Assembly (NCBI GenBank): GCA_034927345.1
Contig: JAYFQE010000002.1
Location: forward strand, 99,615 to 163,614
DNA from: Clostridiaceae bacterium
GTDB lineage: Bacteria; Bacillota; Clostridia; Saccharofermentanales; UBA5734
Length of the DNA stretch: 64,000 nucleotides
Direction: 5' to 3'
The stretch's first letter is position 1. Each line of letters starts with the position of its first letter. Shown here in pieces: positions 48,420-59,906 of the stretch. The notes under the pieces are model-generated. The model searched no databases. It was not told where the DNA came from and saw only the letters and a program-made list of their open reading frames with translations. The position numbers were made by a program, and so were the translations under genes.

Positions 48420-49399
48420 AAGTATCGATTATCATACCCGTTTATAATGCTGAAAGAACATTAAGGCGCTGCTTGGACAGCATTTTAAAACAGACCTATA
48501 AAGACTATGAAATTATCATCATCAATGATGGATCAACTGATCAATCCTGGGCAATCATGCAGAATTACGCTGGAAAATTTCCAGAAGCCATCCGCATATG
48601 GAACCAGGAGAATATGGGAGCAGCGGCTGCCCGAAACAACGGAATCGACATGTCAGGCGGGGAGTATATTATATTCATCGATAATGATGATTATATACCT
48701 GCCGACTATGTTCAGTGCTTTGTACAAAAAGCTGAATCAACGCAATCCGATATGGTTGTGGGCAATTATTGCCGGATCAGAGAAAACGGGAAAGTGATTT
48801 ATACCCGTAAAGCTCATGCATCCGAATGGGTTATCTTCCAATTGCAAGCTCCCTGGGCGAGAATTTACCGGAAGAGCTTTCTCGTTGACCATAAAATTCG
48901 ATTTCTGGCTTCACCGATCGGCGAGGATGTTTATTTCAATATCGTTGCTGCCTGCGTATGCCAATCATGGGCCTGTGCATCGACCAATTACTATTGGGTT
49001 GACAATTCGCAATCTGTTTCCAACACAAAGCAAAAGGGCATGAAGACGTTTTGTTCACCGCTTTACATGTTGGATTGCCTGTATAACAGAATAAAGAATG
49101 AAAAAATATCCCCTGAGAAACAGGACTACTGCGAATACTTTTTTATTCGCTATCTGGTCTGGCATATCCTGTTCAGCGGTAAACAGTCAGATTGGCAAAC
49201 TGCTTACTCTGTCTATACCGATGAAATACGATTCTTATCCGATCGGTATCCAGGATTCCAAAAGAATAAAAATATTAGTTTGTTCAAGCCTAAGGGCGAA
49301 ACCTGGTTTAATCGGATTACTGTTCTCGTTTTTATGCTCTTGCATCGTTTTCACGGGATCAAGCTATTGCTGAAAATATACTGCAAAGAAAAAATGTGA
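48416..49399 (+). CDS. family 2 glycosyltransferase
   Basis: VSIIIPVYNAERTL, INDGSTDQS and FIDNDDY (DxD) motifs. Overlaps the flippase stop. Confidence 0.85.
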   Translation: MKVSIIIPVYNAERTLRRCLDSILKQTYKDYEIIIINDGSTDQSWAIMQNYAGKFPEAIRIWNQENMGAAAARNNGIDMSGGEYIIFIDNDDYIPADYVQCFVQKAESTQSDMVVGNYCRIRENGKVIYTRKAHASEWVIFQLQAPWARIYRKSFLVDHKIRFLASPIGEDVYFNIVAACVCQSWACASTNYYWVDNSQSVSNTKQKGMKTFCSPLYMLDCLYNRIKNEKISPEKQDYCEYFFIRYLVWHILFSGKQSDWQTAYSVYTDEIRFLSDRYPGFQKNKNISLFKPKGETWFNRITVLVFMLLHRFHGIKLLLKIYCKEKM

Positions 49400-49416
49400 A
49401 GTGCAGGTAAATCGAT

Positions 49417-50202
49417 ATGGCAGATCATAGTTATGTTATCCTTGTTTACAAGCAGTCGGAGTTTCTGGAAGCTTGCCTTGAATCATTAATCCATCAGTCG
49501 GAACCAAGTCCAATTATTTTATCGACATCGACGCCTTCGGAATGGCTGGATAAGATTGCGCGGCGCTATCATGTGCCGATCAGGGTAAGAACGGGCAAAA
49601 GCGCCATAGCCGATGATTGGAATTTTGCCTTAAAGCAGGCCGATACACCTTATGTGACCTTAGCGCATCAGGATGATGTTTATCAACCCGGATTCGGCGC
49701 TGCAATCAAGCATGATTTGTATCGATATCCAGACACGTTGATCCATTTTACCAATTATGCCGAATGGATAGACGGCAAAGTCCGGACCAATAATGCCAAT
49801 TTAATCATCAAACGGATTTTGTTATTTCCTTATTATATAAAACGATCTATCAGATCAAAGCGCATGAGGAAACTGTGTCTGTCTGTCGGAAATCCTGTCT
49901 CCTGTCCGACAGTGACCTATCATAGGGATCGGTTGCAGGATTTTCAATTCAATCAAGACTACACCATAAATTTGGATTGGGATGCCTGGATCCGTCTGGC
50001 AGAGAAGGAAGGGCGTTTCATTTATCATAAACCGGTTCTTGTCTGGCATCGCCTGTATCGGGCTTCTGAAACATCTTCCGGACTACAGGAAAACAGGCGG
50101 CAAGAAGATGACAGACGGATTTTTCAACGCTTATGGCCGAAGTCAATCGCTTCGCTTCTGATTTATTTTTATCGGTTAAGTTACCGTTCCAATGAAAAAT
50201 AG
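49417..50202 (+). CDS. family 2 glycosyltransferase (divergent)
   Basis: YVILVYKQSEFLEACLESL and LAHQDDVY (DxD-like). 261 aa. Confidence 0.7.
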   Translation: MADHSYVILVYKQSEFLEACLESLIHQSEPSPIILSTSTPSEWLDKIARRYHVPIRVRTGKSAIADDWNFALKQADTPYVTLAHQDDVYQPGFGAAIKHDLYRYPDTLIHFTNYAEWIDGKVRTNNANLIIKRILLFPYYIKRSIRSKRMRKLCLSVGNPVSCPTVTYHRDRLQDFQFNQDYTINLDWDAWIRLAEKEGRFIYHKPVLVWHRLYRASETSSGLQENRRQEDDRRIFQRLWPKSIASLLIYFYRLSYRSNEK

Positions 50203-50237
50203 TGGACACGAAAAAGGATGATTGAAAGGATCCATAC

Positions 50238-50945
50238 ATGAGCATCAGTGCAATTCTCTTAGCAAAAAATGAAGCCGAAAACTTGAAAATTCTCTTGCCC
50301 AGACTGATAAGTGCGTTAAACAAGACAAACGCCGCTTACGAAGTGATTGTCGTTGATTCCATGACGCCGACTGATAATACTCCGTCAATCTGCTCCCAAT
50401 ATGATCATGTCAGGTATATCAATCAGACATCACCCGGTTATGCCGGCGCATTCCGAACCGGAATAGAGGCAGCCGGGATGGATTGTTTATTAAATCTGGA
50501 TGCCGACGGATCACATAATCCAGACGCCATACCGGATCTATACGAGAAATACCGTGAAGGTTATGACCTGGTCATTGGTTCGCGTTATTGCCAGGGCGGA
50601 AAAACCAACGATTCACGAATGTCGATTATTATGTCCAAGATTCTGAATTTTGTCATGAGAATAATTATCGGTGTGAAGGCAAAGGACATATCGACAAGTT
50701 TTCGCATTTATAATATGGCACAAATTAAAGCCGTCAAACTGACCTGTACGAATTATGAAGTCTTGCAGGAAGTAATTCTTCGCATGAGAATGAACAAACG
50801 CCATTTGACAATAGGCGAGGTCCCGATTATTTTCGAAAAAAGGATTTATGGTCAATCAAAACGCCGGTTGATGCGCTTTATCGCGTCTTATATAAGCGTT
50901 CTATTCCGGTTTACGAAAATTCGTCTTGGTCATCAACACGATTGA
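50238..50945 (+). CDS. GT2, dolichyl/polyprenyl-phosphate sugar synthase-like (DPM1-like, no TM segment)
   Basis: ISAILLAKNEAENL, VVDSMTPTDNT, LNLDADGSH and DLVIGSRY, as in polyprenol-monophosphate hexose synthases. Confidence 0.75.
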   Translation: MSISAILLAKNEAENLKILLPRLISALNKTNAAYEVIVVDSMTPTDNTPSICSQYDHVRYINQTSPGYAGAFRTGIEAAGMDCLLNLDADGSHNPDAIPDLYEKYREGYDLVIGSRYCQGGKTNDSRMSIIMSKILNFVMRIIIGVKAKDISTSFRIYNMAQIKAVKLTCTNYEVLQEVILRMRMNKRHLTIGEVPIIFEKRIYGQSKRRLMRFIASYISVLFRFTKIRLGHQHD

Positions 50946-50979
50946 GATAAAATCGACCGGATTCTGATGTAATAAACCG

Positions 50980-51960
50980 CTATATATGGCTGCGCCAGTA
51001 ATCCAATGTATCTTGAAGCGACTGTTCAAGGGAAATCGTCGGCTGCCAGGCAGTATCCTTTTGTATTTTAGAAATATCCGCTCGGATCTCGGGTATTTCG
51101 ATTGGCCGCAATTTCGCCGGATCGACGACAACCTGAATCCTGGTTTTCGAAAATGATAATAACTGGTCAAGGATAGCTTGAATCATGACAGATATCCCGG
51201 AACCAATATTATAAACTTCGCCGGGATGGCCGGACAAAAGTAACTGATAATAGCCGCGAACGATGTCCCGCACATCCGTAAAATCCCTTCGGGCGGATAA
51301 ATCGCCAACCTTCATGATTGGTTCTGCCTGATTAGTTTCGATAAGAGCGATCTGGTGTGCAAAATCTGATACAACGAATATCGGCAGCTGGCCTGGGCCG
51401 ATATGATTAAAGGCTCTGACCATGATGATGGGCGCCTGATAACTCCGGACATGGATTCTGGCCATAGCTTCGGCAGCTGCTTTTGATACAGCATAGGGAC
51501 TTACCGGCTCAGAGCTCGCAGATTCACGAATCGGCAGTTGGTCAGATATGACACGACCATATTGTTCAGAAGATCCGACGAGCAGAAGCTTACAAAGCGG
51601 GCAAACATCCCGTATAGCCTCCATGACATGGATGGAACCGATCAGGTTAATCTGCATGGTCAGGTCCGGCTTGGCAAATGATAATCCAACCGAACTCTGA
51701 GCAGCCAAAAGCACTAAGTAATCCGGCATAATTTGGCGGAACAACGACTTGGTTTCCATAGCGGACGTTATATCAAGATCATAAACATCAACATGTCGAA
51801 ACTCATCAGCGTCAATGATTTCTCCCGTTAATTTTGTAGCCGATATAGCCAGATGCGGCATCGAAGACAGAAAGCGTAATAAGTGCTTACCGACAAAACC
51901 GGCAGCTCCGACAACCAGGATCTTTTTAGCAACACAAATCTCTTGATTGATCATATTCAT
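50980..51960 (-). CDS. rmd: GDP-4-dehydro-6-deoxy-D-mannose reductase (Rmd-like; GDP-D-rhamnose or GDP-6-deoxy-D-talose forming)
   Basis: GFVGKHL, QINLIGS, PYAVSKAAAE, RAFNHIGPGQ, SARRDFTDVRD and VYNIGSG closely track Pseudomonas Rmd. Located directly downstream of gmd. Confidence 0.8.
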   Translation of the reverse strand: MNMINQEICVAKKILVVGAAGFVGKHLLRFLSSMPHLAISATKLTGEIIDADEFRHVDVYDLDITSAMETKSLFRQIMPDYLVLLAAQSSVGLSFAKPDLTMQINLIGSIHVMEAIRDVCPLCKLLLVGSSEQYGRVISDQLPIRESASSEPVSPYAVSKAAAEAMARIHVRSYQAPIIMVRAFNHIGPGQLPIFVVSDFAHQIALIETNQAEPIMKVGDLSARRDFTDVRDIVRGYYQLLLSGHPGEVYNIGSGISVMIQAILDQLLSFSKTRIQVVVDPAKLRPIEIPEIRADISKIQKDTAWQPTISLEQSLQDTLDYWRSHI

Positions 51961-51962
51961 GT

Positions 51963-52952
<990 letters not shown>

Positions 52953-52988
52953 TTAGCGGTTTTTCTGTACAACAGGATAATACTGAAC

Positions 52989-54077
52989 CTACAGTAAATC
53001 CTCGCGATCAACCTGTTTCAATTCATCGACAAGCTTTTTAACCTCTTGTGCACGATCCTTCTGGCAGATCAAGAGGGCGTCGCCCGAGTCCACGATAATC
53101 AAATCTTTTATACCCAGAGTGGAAATTAACCGAGTCGGCGAAACGCTGCTGATGATGCAGTTTTGCGTGTCGATGCCCAGATGCTGGGCATGAATAACAT
53201 TATTATCATCGTCGGGCGTAAAAATTTCACTGAGTGAATCCCAGCTGCCGACATCATTCCAACCAAATTCAGCGGGTATGACGTGAGCTTTTTGTATCCT
53301 TTCCAGAATCCCGTAATCAATGGAAACGGCGGTCAGATCGCCATATATCGATTGTATTGCATCCGATTCCTGATTTGTTCGCAGTTGCTGGTAAATTTGT
53401 GTCATTTTTTGGTATAAATCGGGCAGATAGGTTTGGAAAGCTTGTAGTATAACAGATGATTTGCCTAAAAACATGCCACTGTTCCACAGATAACGGCCTG
53501 AACGAACATATTCCTGAGCCAGAACCTTTTCCGGCTTTTCGACGAATCTTTGGATGCGATAGATGCCGGATGTTTTTTCCATATCAGTCGGTTCGGCAAA
53601 ACGGATGTAGCCGTAGCCTGTGTTGGGCTGCGTCGGCCATAAACCGACGGTTATGATCTCGTCGTACTGCTCCGCAGCATGAAAAGCGAGATTCATGATC
53701 TGTTCGTATTCAACAGTATCGGTTATATGATGATCAGAAGGCAATACGCTAATGACGACATCATCGCCATATAGCTTCTGGATGACCAGTGTGGAATACA
53801 AGATACACGGCGCTGTATTTCGTCCTGCCGGTTCAATCAGAATATGGGTGCGGTCGATATCGGGCAGCACCTTCTCATACATCAGATCCTGTTGCGTATG
53901 ATTGGTGATAATAAATAAATCTTCCATCGCAATGATGTTCTTCACCCGATTGATGGTTTCGTTAATCATTAACTGATCGCTAGTCAAAGAAATTAACTGC
54001 TTGGGTCTTGCCAATCTTGATATGGGCCAGAAACGCGTACCACCACCGCCGGCCATGATCACGCCAACTCTTTTCAT
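52989..54077 (-). CDS. manC: mannose-1-phosphate guanylyltransferase (no PMI domain)
   Basis: GVIMAGGGGTRFWPISR nucleotidyltransferase loop. About 360 aa. AGGAGGAAG RBS before the ATG at 54077. Confidence 0.88.
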   Translation of the reverse strand: MKRVGVIMAGGGGTRFWPISRLARPKQLISLTSDQLMINETINRVKNIIAMEDLFIITNHTQQDLMYEKVLPDIDRTHILIEPAGRNTAPCILYSTLVIQKLYGDDVVISVLPSDHHITDTVEYEQIMNLAFHAAEQYDEIITVGLWPTQPNTGYGYIRFAEPTDMEKTSGIYRIQRFVEKPEKVLAQEYVRSGRYLWNSGMFLGKSSVILQAFQTYLPDLYQKMTQIYQQLRTNQESDAIQSIYGDLTAVSIDYGILERIQKAHVIPAEFGWNDVGSWDSLSEIFTPDDDNNVIHAQHLGIDTQNCIISSVSPTRLISTLGIKDLIIVDSGDALLICQKDRAQEVKKLVDELKQVDREDLL

Positions 54078-54105
54078 AGCTTCCTCCTGAATAAATCCCA
54101 AGCCA

Positions 54106-55542
54106 TTATACGGCTTTTAGAAAATAAATAATCAAGGTAGGAATAATATAGATATAAATCAATCCCAGATTACCCCAGATCAAACGGTGATCAAAATCCG
54201 ATTCCGGTTGATCGTTTCCGGCTGGCAGAGAAGGAGCCGGCTTGAATAGATAGGCAAAGCTCAAACCGCAGCCAATAAGCAGCGTATTGTAAACACTGAC
54301 CGGCAATTTCAGTTTATCCAGTAAAGAAGCATAAGTCACACTGTCCGGTGACAAATATTTGCCCGTTAACAATGGAAGAATACCATTGTTAATCATAGCC
54401 TGATCAACATTTTTATAGAAAACCATATATGTTTCGATCAGAAAAAAAGCGAACATGAAATACTGAAGATAGACTGACAACTTAAACTCGGAAAACATGA
54501 ACGTATTAATGACCAGGAAAGGTACAAGGATAATCATCCATTGCGGATGCCAATGAATAGACAAGATCAGGGCTGCATTGACGAGAAATGAAAGATAATA
54601 GCTATAGGGTGTAACAATCAGCGGGTCTTTCTTTTGTCTGTAAGCAAAAACACATACGAAAACCATAACGATGCCCAATAAAAAAACCGGGCCAACCTGG
54701 AGATTGACGCCATAATTATAAATTCGTTTCATGAAGCCATATGTATCATGAATATAGTTCTTCGAGAGGCTGCAGTATGGATCATTCAAGAACAACAGAC
54801 GTTCCAGGATCATACACCAGGATGATATCAGCAAGTATTTGATAATATGAAGGACTCTCTTTTCAATCAACAAAATCAACGGAATCAGAATGAAAAGCAT
54901 GTAAGCCTTGAAGGTTATCGCTAAACCAAACATAATGACAAATTTGTAATATTTCTTCTTATAAAAAAAATATATGCCGCATAAAGCCAAAAAGACACAG
55001 ATGATGTCAAATTGTCCGAAAACAACGACAGTAAATAAAGTTATCGGGGATGACATGAAAAAGAACGACATCCACTTTGACCGGTTCTTCATTAATCCAA
55101 GCTGTCTGCCAATTTTATAGATCATAAGGACTGACAAGACTAAAAACACAAGAATTAAAAGTTTTGACCAAAACAAATAGACGGATAGAGGTGGGAAAAA
55201 GATGAATTTGCTGATTATTTTAATCGGTAAATTCCATAGGGCGATCAAACCATAAAGAAAAAAGGAGTAAGAAGCAACATTCAAATCTACAGCTATACCG
55301 GGAGCATAATAAGCAGATTGATGTGCCAAATTATAGACATACTCATAATAATGAAAAAACTTACCTTCATGAATTGCACCATAAAGACTCAAGGATTGTT
55401 GAACGGTGATGGACAGATCGTAAAATTGATTAAAGAATAAAAAACAAATCACAATTGTGATGCCCAAAAAAAACCATTCAACCAAAGATACAGGTCGGTC
55501 ATTTCGTTTAATATGATTACGTGAATTATTGAACATGCTCAT
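54106..55542 (-). CDS. polytopic membrane protein, candidate GT-C-type glycosyltransferase
   Basis: 478 aa with more than 10 helices. Very AT-rich coding sequence (about 30-40 % GC in sampled lines). Overlaps the upstream GtrA-like gene by 17 nt. Confidence 0.55.
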   Translation of the reverse strand: MSMFNNSRNHIKRNDRPVSLVEWFFLGITIVICFLFFNQFYDLSITVQQSLSLYGAIHEGKFFHYYEYVYNLAHQSAYYAPGIAVDLNVASYSFFLYGLIALWNLPIKIISKFIFFPPLSVYLFWSKLLILVFLVLSVLMIYKIGRQLGLMKNRSKWMSFFFMSSPITLFTVVVFGQFDIICVFLALCGIYFFYKKKYYKFVIMFGLAITFKAYMLFILIPLILLIEKRVLHIIKYLLISSWCMILERLLFLNDPYCSLSKNYIHDTYGFMKRIYNYGVNLQVGPVFLLGIVMVFVCVFAYRQKKDPLIVTPYSYYLSFLVNAALILSIHWHPQWMIILVPFLVINTFMFSEFKLSVYLQYFMFAFFLIETYMVFYKNVDQAMINNGILPLLTGKYLSPDSVTYASLLDKLKLPVSVYNTLLIGCGLSFAYLFKPAPSLPAGNDQPESDFDHRLIWGNLGLIYIYIIPTLIIYFLKAV

Positions 55543-56041
55543 GCTCTTTTCTCTTCCCGCGAAAGGAGAAATATTTACTTAAGAAAAAATTAATGGGAGT
55601 AACCAAAATAACGCTGAGCACCGGAGCAAACTTCTCCGGTACTGAAAAGGCTTCAACCCATAAAATATTTAATAGATTAGTTAAAATGTAGGACGTAAAA
55701 ATATAGGAAGCAAAAAAACGAAGAATGGATCCCTTTACCGCATTGGCGGCTTCCCGTTTAAATACCCATAAACGATTCAAAAAGTAAGAACTCAAAACGC
55801 TGATGATAAAGCCTATTGTTCCGGCGATAACATAATCCCATCGGAAAAAGAAAGACACAATTGCCTGATTTGAATGATATCCAGAAGGATAAAGCCTGAA
55901 AATTTCTAAAACAATAGAATAAATAGACCATGAGACAGCAAAATTGACAACACCGACAAGACCAAAACGGATAAATTGAAATACTTTTTTATATAAAGTG
56001 CTGGAAGCAATACTGTGGACTAAACTAATCATAGGTTCCAT
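55526..56041 (-). CDS. GtrA family membrane protein
   Basis: FIRFGLVGVVNFAVSWSIY and the C-terminal NFFLSKYFSF are GtrA hallmarks, with 4 helices. The start is ambiguous (56041 or 56032). Confidence 0.75.
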   Translation of the reverse strand: MEPMISLVHSIASSTLYKKVFQFIRFGLVGVVNFAVSWSIYSIVLEIFRLYPSGYHSNQAIVSFFFRWDYVIAGTIGFIISVLSSYFLNRLWVFKREAANAVKGSILRFFASYIFTSYILTNLLNILWVEAFSVPEKFAPVLSVILVTPINFFLSKYFSFRGKRKEHEHVQ

Positions 56042-56053
56042 CAACCCTCGCAA

Positions 56054-56228
56054 TTCAGAATATCAACACCAGATATCATAGCAAAGAAAGCTTGATTTGA
56101 ACATAACGAATATTGTAATTTGTTGAATTTGTTTAAGATTATATCATGGTGATGAAGATAGAATCATGATATAATAAACCGAAAATATACTTGCAGCCTA
56201 AATCGATCGGGGGAACCTATAATTTAGT
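56054..56228. promoter_or_regulatory. divergent promoter region with extended -10 elements on both strands
   Basis: Plus strand: TGaTATAAT at 56167-56175. Minus strand: TGaTATAAT (56146-56138) and TGcTATGAT (56083-56075). AT-rich 175-bp gap between divergent operons. Confidence 0.4.
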
Positions 56229-56951
56229 ATGAACAAGCGAGTGCTCCTTATTATACCAGCGTATAATGAAGCTGCGAATATTGTCGGTTTAGTCCATGAG
56301 ATTCAAGCAAAAGCACCGCAAGTTGATTATCTGATTGTCAACGACGGATCAACGGACAATACGAAATCAGTATGCGAAAACAACCAAATCAATGCTGTTC
56401 ACCTGCCTTGTAATTTAGGTATCGGCGGCGCTGTGCAAACCGGATATCTGTATGCCTACCGCCGACAATATGATATCGCCGTCCAGCTGGACGGCGACGG
56501 TCAGCATGATCCTGCTTATATATCAGAACTGATCCAGCCGATTATCGATCAAAAAGCGGATTTTGTCATCGGTTCCAGATTTATTGAAGGCTGCGGCTTC
56601 CAGTCTTCTAATTTTCGCCGGTTAGGTATTCGCTGGCTGAATGGCATTCTCAAAAGAATAACCGGACTGAACATAACCGATGCGACTTCTGGATTCAGAG
56701 CCGGGAACCGGTCTGTTATGAGTATATTTTCTGATTATTATCCGAAAGATTATCCTGAACCGGAATCTATCGCGGATTTATACCGTTATCATCAAAAAAT
56801 CGTTGAAATTCCTGTCATTATGCGGGAAAGAAAAAGCGGCGTCAGCTCGATCCGGCTTCTGAAACCGATTTATTATATGATAAAAGTGACTTTTGCCATC
56901 CTGATATCCCGGCTCAAGAAACATACAATAAAGGAGGATATCCAGAGATGA
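56229..56951 (+). CDS. GT2 polyprenyl-phosphate sugar synthase (GacI-like)
   Basis: LLIIPAYNEAANI, VNDGSTDNT, QLDGDGQHDP and DFVIGSRF. Followed by an overlapping DUF2304-type gene, as in the streptococcal GacI/GacJ pair. Confidence 0.8.
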   Translation: MNKRVLLIIPAYNEAANIVGLVHEIQAKAPQVDYLIVNDGSTDNTKSVCENNQINAVHLPCNLGIGGAVQTGYLYAYRRQYDIAVQLDGDGQHDPAYISELIQPIIDQKADFVIGSRFIEGCGFQSSNFRRLGIRWLNGILKRITGLNITDATSGFRAGNRSVMSIFSDYYPKDYPEPESIADLYRYHQKIVEIPVIMRERKSGVSSIRLLKPIYYMIKVTFAILISRLKKHTIKEDIQR

Positions 56952-57328
56952 ATTTGTATACACAGATTTTTGTTATTCTGGTTATTGCTTTGTTTTTATT
57001 CTTTGTTGTTTCAAAGCTCCGAAGAGAACAGATAGAGTTTAAGGTTGCTTTTGCCTGGCTTGGCTGCGGTTTGGTCATGCTTCTGTTTGCTTTATTCCCG
57101 GGCGTCCTTGCTGCGTTGGCCGGTGTTCTGGGTATCGGGATCCCCCTCAATCTGGTTATCTTCCTTGGTATTCTCGTAAATCTGATTCTGACATTTTCTA
57201 TTACCTTAGCTTATTCGAAAGTAAAAGATATGCTTTATCGCACCGTACAAAACCTCGCTATACTGGAACATGAACTCGATGAAATCAAAAAGGCAAGAGA
57301 ATCCGAACCGGAAAAACTTAATAAATGA
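56948..57328 (+). CDS. small DUF2304-type membrane protein (GacJ-like accessory subunit)
   Basis: 126 aa, three or four helices plus a C-terminal amphipathic/charged tail. The ATGA overlap with the preceding GT2 suggests translational coupling. Confidence 0.65.
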   Translation: MNLYTQIFVILVIALFLFFVVSKLRREQIEFKVAFAWLGCGLVMLLFALFPGVLAALAGVLGIGIPLNLVIFLGILVNLILTFSITLAYSKVKDMLYRTVQNLAILEHELDEIKKARESEPEKLNK

Positions 57329-57356
57329 ATGTTAACGAGAAAGGTGTGACAAGACA

Positions 57357-58241
57357 ATGAAGGGCATTATCCTTGCCGGCGGCGCCGGTACACGATTATA
57401 TCCATTAACGATGGTAACCAGCAAACAACTGCTGCCTGTTTATGACAAACCGATGATTTATTATCCTTTGTCGACCTTAATGCTGGCTGGTATAAGAGAC
57501 ATTCTTATTATTTCCACGCCGGAAGACACGCCTAGATTTGAAACGCTGCTTGGTGACGGAGCACAATTCGGCATCAATCTGAGTTACGCCGTGCAGGAAA
57601 GACCGGAAGGTTTAGCGCAAGCTTTCGTGATCGGCGCTGATTTTATCGGTACGGATAGCGTAGCGATGGTATTGGGAGATAATATTTTTTACGGCAGCGG
57701 ATTTATCCGCATGTTGATGGATGCAGCCGATAAGCAGAACCGGGCGACAATATTTGGTTATTATGTTGAAGATCCTGAACGTTTCGGCGTTGTTGAATTT
57801 GATGAGGCCGGAAAGGTGTTGTCCGTTGAAGAAAAACCGCAAAAGCCAAAATCAAATTACGCTATAACCGGCCTATATTTCTACGACAACCGGGTTGTCA
57901 ACATCGCACGCAGTCTGAAACCAAGCTCGCGCGGCGAACTGGAAATTACCGATCTTAATCGGGTGTATCTGGAAATGGGCCAGCTTGATGTTAAATTGAT
58001 GGGAAGAGGGTTTGCCTGGCTGGATACGGGAACCATGGACAGCCTGCTTGACGCCGCCGACTTTATCCGAATGATTGAAAAGCGGCAGGGTATTAAAATC
58101 TCGGCGCCGGAAGAAATATCCTATCGCAAAGGGTGGATCAGTACACAGCAATTGAACGAAGCCGCAGATAAATATGGAAAATCGCCTTATGGCCAGCATC
58201 TCAAACATGTGGCAGAAAACATCGTCCGTGATTTGCGTTGA
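57357..58241 (+). CDS. rfbA: glucose-1-phosphate thymidylyltransferase
   Basis: [18 protein letters not shown]...[18 protein letters not shown]. 294 aa. Confidence 0.96.
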   Translation: MKGIILAGGAGTRLYPLTMVTSKQLLPVYDKPMIYYPLSTLMLAGIRDILIISTPEDTPRFETLLGDGAQFGINLSYAVQERPEGLAQAFVIGADFIGTDSVAMVLGDNIFYGSGFIRMLMDAADKQNRATIFGYYVEDPERFGVVEFDEAGKVLSVEEKPQKPKSNYAITGLYFYDNRVVNIARSLKPSSRGELEITDLNRVYLEMGQLDVKLMGRGFAWLDTGTMDSLLDAADFIRMIEKRQGIKISAPEEISYRKGWISTQQLNEAADKYGKSPYGQHLKHVAENIVRDLR

Positions 58242-58286
58242 ATGGACGAATCGATTATAATGCATCCGTTAATGGAAGGTGAGTAA

Positions 58287-58853
58287 ATGGAGCTTATTAA
58301 AACAGAACTAAACGATGTATATATTATAGAGCCAAAAGTTTTTGGCGATCACCGGGGCTGGTTTTATGAAACCTATTCTTATAAAATCATGAAAAATCTG
58401 GGGATAGACACCGCATTTGTCCAGGACAATCATTCTTATTCTGCAGTCAAGGGGACGCTGCGCGGTCTGCATTTCCAAAACAATCCGCACGCCCAGACCA
58501 AACTGGTCCGCTGTACGAAAGGCACGATCCTGGATGTAGCCGTCGATATCCGCAAAGGTTCGCCGCAATATAAAAAATGGATTGCCGTCGAACTCTCTGC
58601 TGACAATAAGCGGCAGCTCTATATTCCGCGCGGTTTTGCCCATGGCTTTTTAACTTTGACCGACGATGTTGAAATCCAATATAAAGTCGATGATTATTAC
58701 GCGCCCGACTGTGACCGGGGCATTCGTTATAACGATCCGGCCATTGGTGTCGAATGGGGCGATATCCAGCCGATTTTATCCAGGAAAGACACCGAATCCC
58801 CCTTCTTGCAGGATAGTGACTGTAATTTTAACTATAGCAGCCAGGAGGCATAA
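58287..58853 (+). CDS. rfbC: dTDP-4-dehydrorhamnose 3,5-epimerase
   Basis: FGDHRGWFYETY, GTLRGLHFQ and YIPRGFAHGF. Confidence 0.95.
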   Translation: MELIKTELNDVYIIEPKVFGDHRGWFYETYSYKIMKNLGIDTAFVQDNHSYSAVKGTLRGLHFQNNPHAQTKLVRCTKGTILDVAVDIRKGSPQYKKWIAVELSADNKRQLYIPRGFAHGFLTLTDDVEIQYKVDDYYAPDCDRGIRYNDPAIGVEWGDIQPILSRKDTESPFLQDSDCNFNYSSQEA

Positions 58854-58859
58854 GCAGAT

Positions 58860-59879
58860 ATGAAATTATTAGTGACTGGCGGAGCCGGTTTTATCGGGTC
58901 GAATTTTATTTATTGGCAAATGGAGCATCACCCTGAAGACAAAATCGTCTGCCTTGATGCCCTGACTTATGCCGGTAATCTGGAAACATTGGCAGATGCC
59001 TTGAAAAACACGAACTTTCGTTTCGTTAAAGGCGATATAGCAGACAGGGAAACTGTCGATGCTTTATTTGCTCAGGAAACTTTTGATATTGTTGTCAATT
59101 TTGCAGCCGAGTCTCATGTGGACCGTTCCATTGAAGACCCGGCCTTGTTTGTGAAAACCAATGTCCTGGGCACGCAAGTCCTGCTTGATGCCAGTCGTAA
59201 ATGCAAAGTGGGACGTTATCATCAGGTTTCGACCGATGAAGTTTATGGCGATCTGCCGCTGGACCGACCGGATCTTTTCTTTACGGAAGAGACGCCGATC
59301 CATACCTCATCACCTTATTCCGCCTCCAAAGCATCGGCCGATCTGCTGGTACTAGCCTATTATCGGACCTTCCGGTTACCGGTCACCGTGTCGCGCTGCT
59401 CGAATAATTACGGCCCCTACCATTTCCCGGAGAAATTGATCCCCTTAATGATCTCACGGGCTTTAGCCGATGAATCCCTGCCGGTTTACGGCAAAGGGGA
59501 GAATGTACGCGATTGGCTTTATGTAGCCGATCACTGCTCGGCAATCGATCTGATCATCCGAAAAGGGCAGGTGGGCGAAGTCTATAATATCGGCGGTCAT
59601 AATGAAAGAACCAATCTTGAAGTTGTTAAGGTTATTTTGAGGGAGCTTCATAAGCCGGAATCATTGATTCAATATGTTACAGACCGGCCGGGCCATGATC
59701 GCCGTTATGCGATCGATCCTGCAAAAATCAGGCGCGATTTGGGATGGCAGCCGGAAACCTGTTTTGAGGCGGGTATCAAGAAAACCATCAACTGGTTTCT
59801 GGACCATCGTTCATGGTGGGAACATATTATCAGCGGCGATTATCAGCAATATTATCAAAATATGTACGGTAATCGATAA
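58860..59879 (+). CDS. rfbB: dTDP-glucose 4,6-dehydratase
   Basis: LVTGGAGFIGSNF, QVSTDEVYG and PYSASKASAD. Confidence 0.96.
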   Translation: MKLLVTGGAGFIGSNFIYWQMEHHPEDKIVCLDALTYAGNLETLADALKNTNFRFVKGDIADRETVDALFAQETFDIVVNFAAESHVDRSIEDPALFVKTNVLGTQVLLDASRKCKVGRYHQVSTDEVYGDLPLDRPDLFFTEETPIHTSSPYSASKASADLLVLAYYRTFRLPVTVSRCSNNYGPYHFPEKLIPLMISRALADESLPVYGKGENVRDWLYVADHCSAIDLIIRKGQVGEVYNIGGHNERTNLEVVKVILRELHKPESLIQYVTDRPGHDRRYAIDPAKIRRDLGWQPETCFEAGIKKTINWFLDHRSWWEHIISGDYQQYYQNMYGNR

Positions 59880-59906
59880 TTAGTAAACAGGCGGTGAAGG
59901 TTGAAT

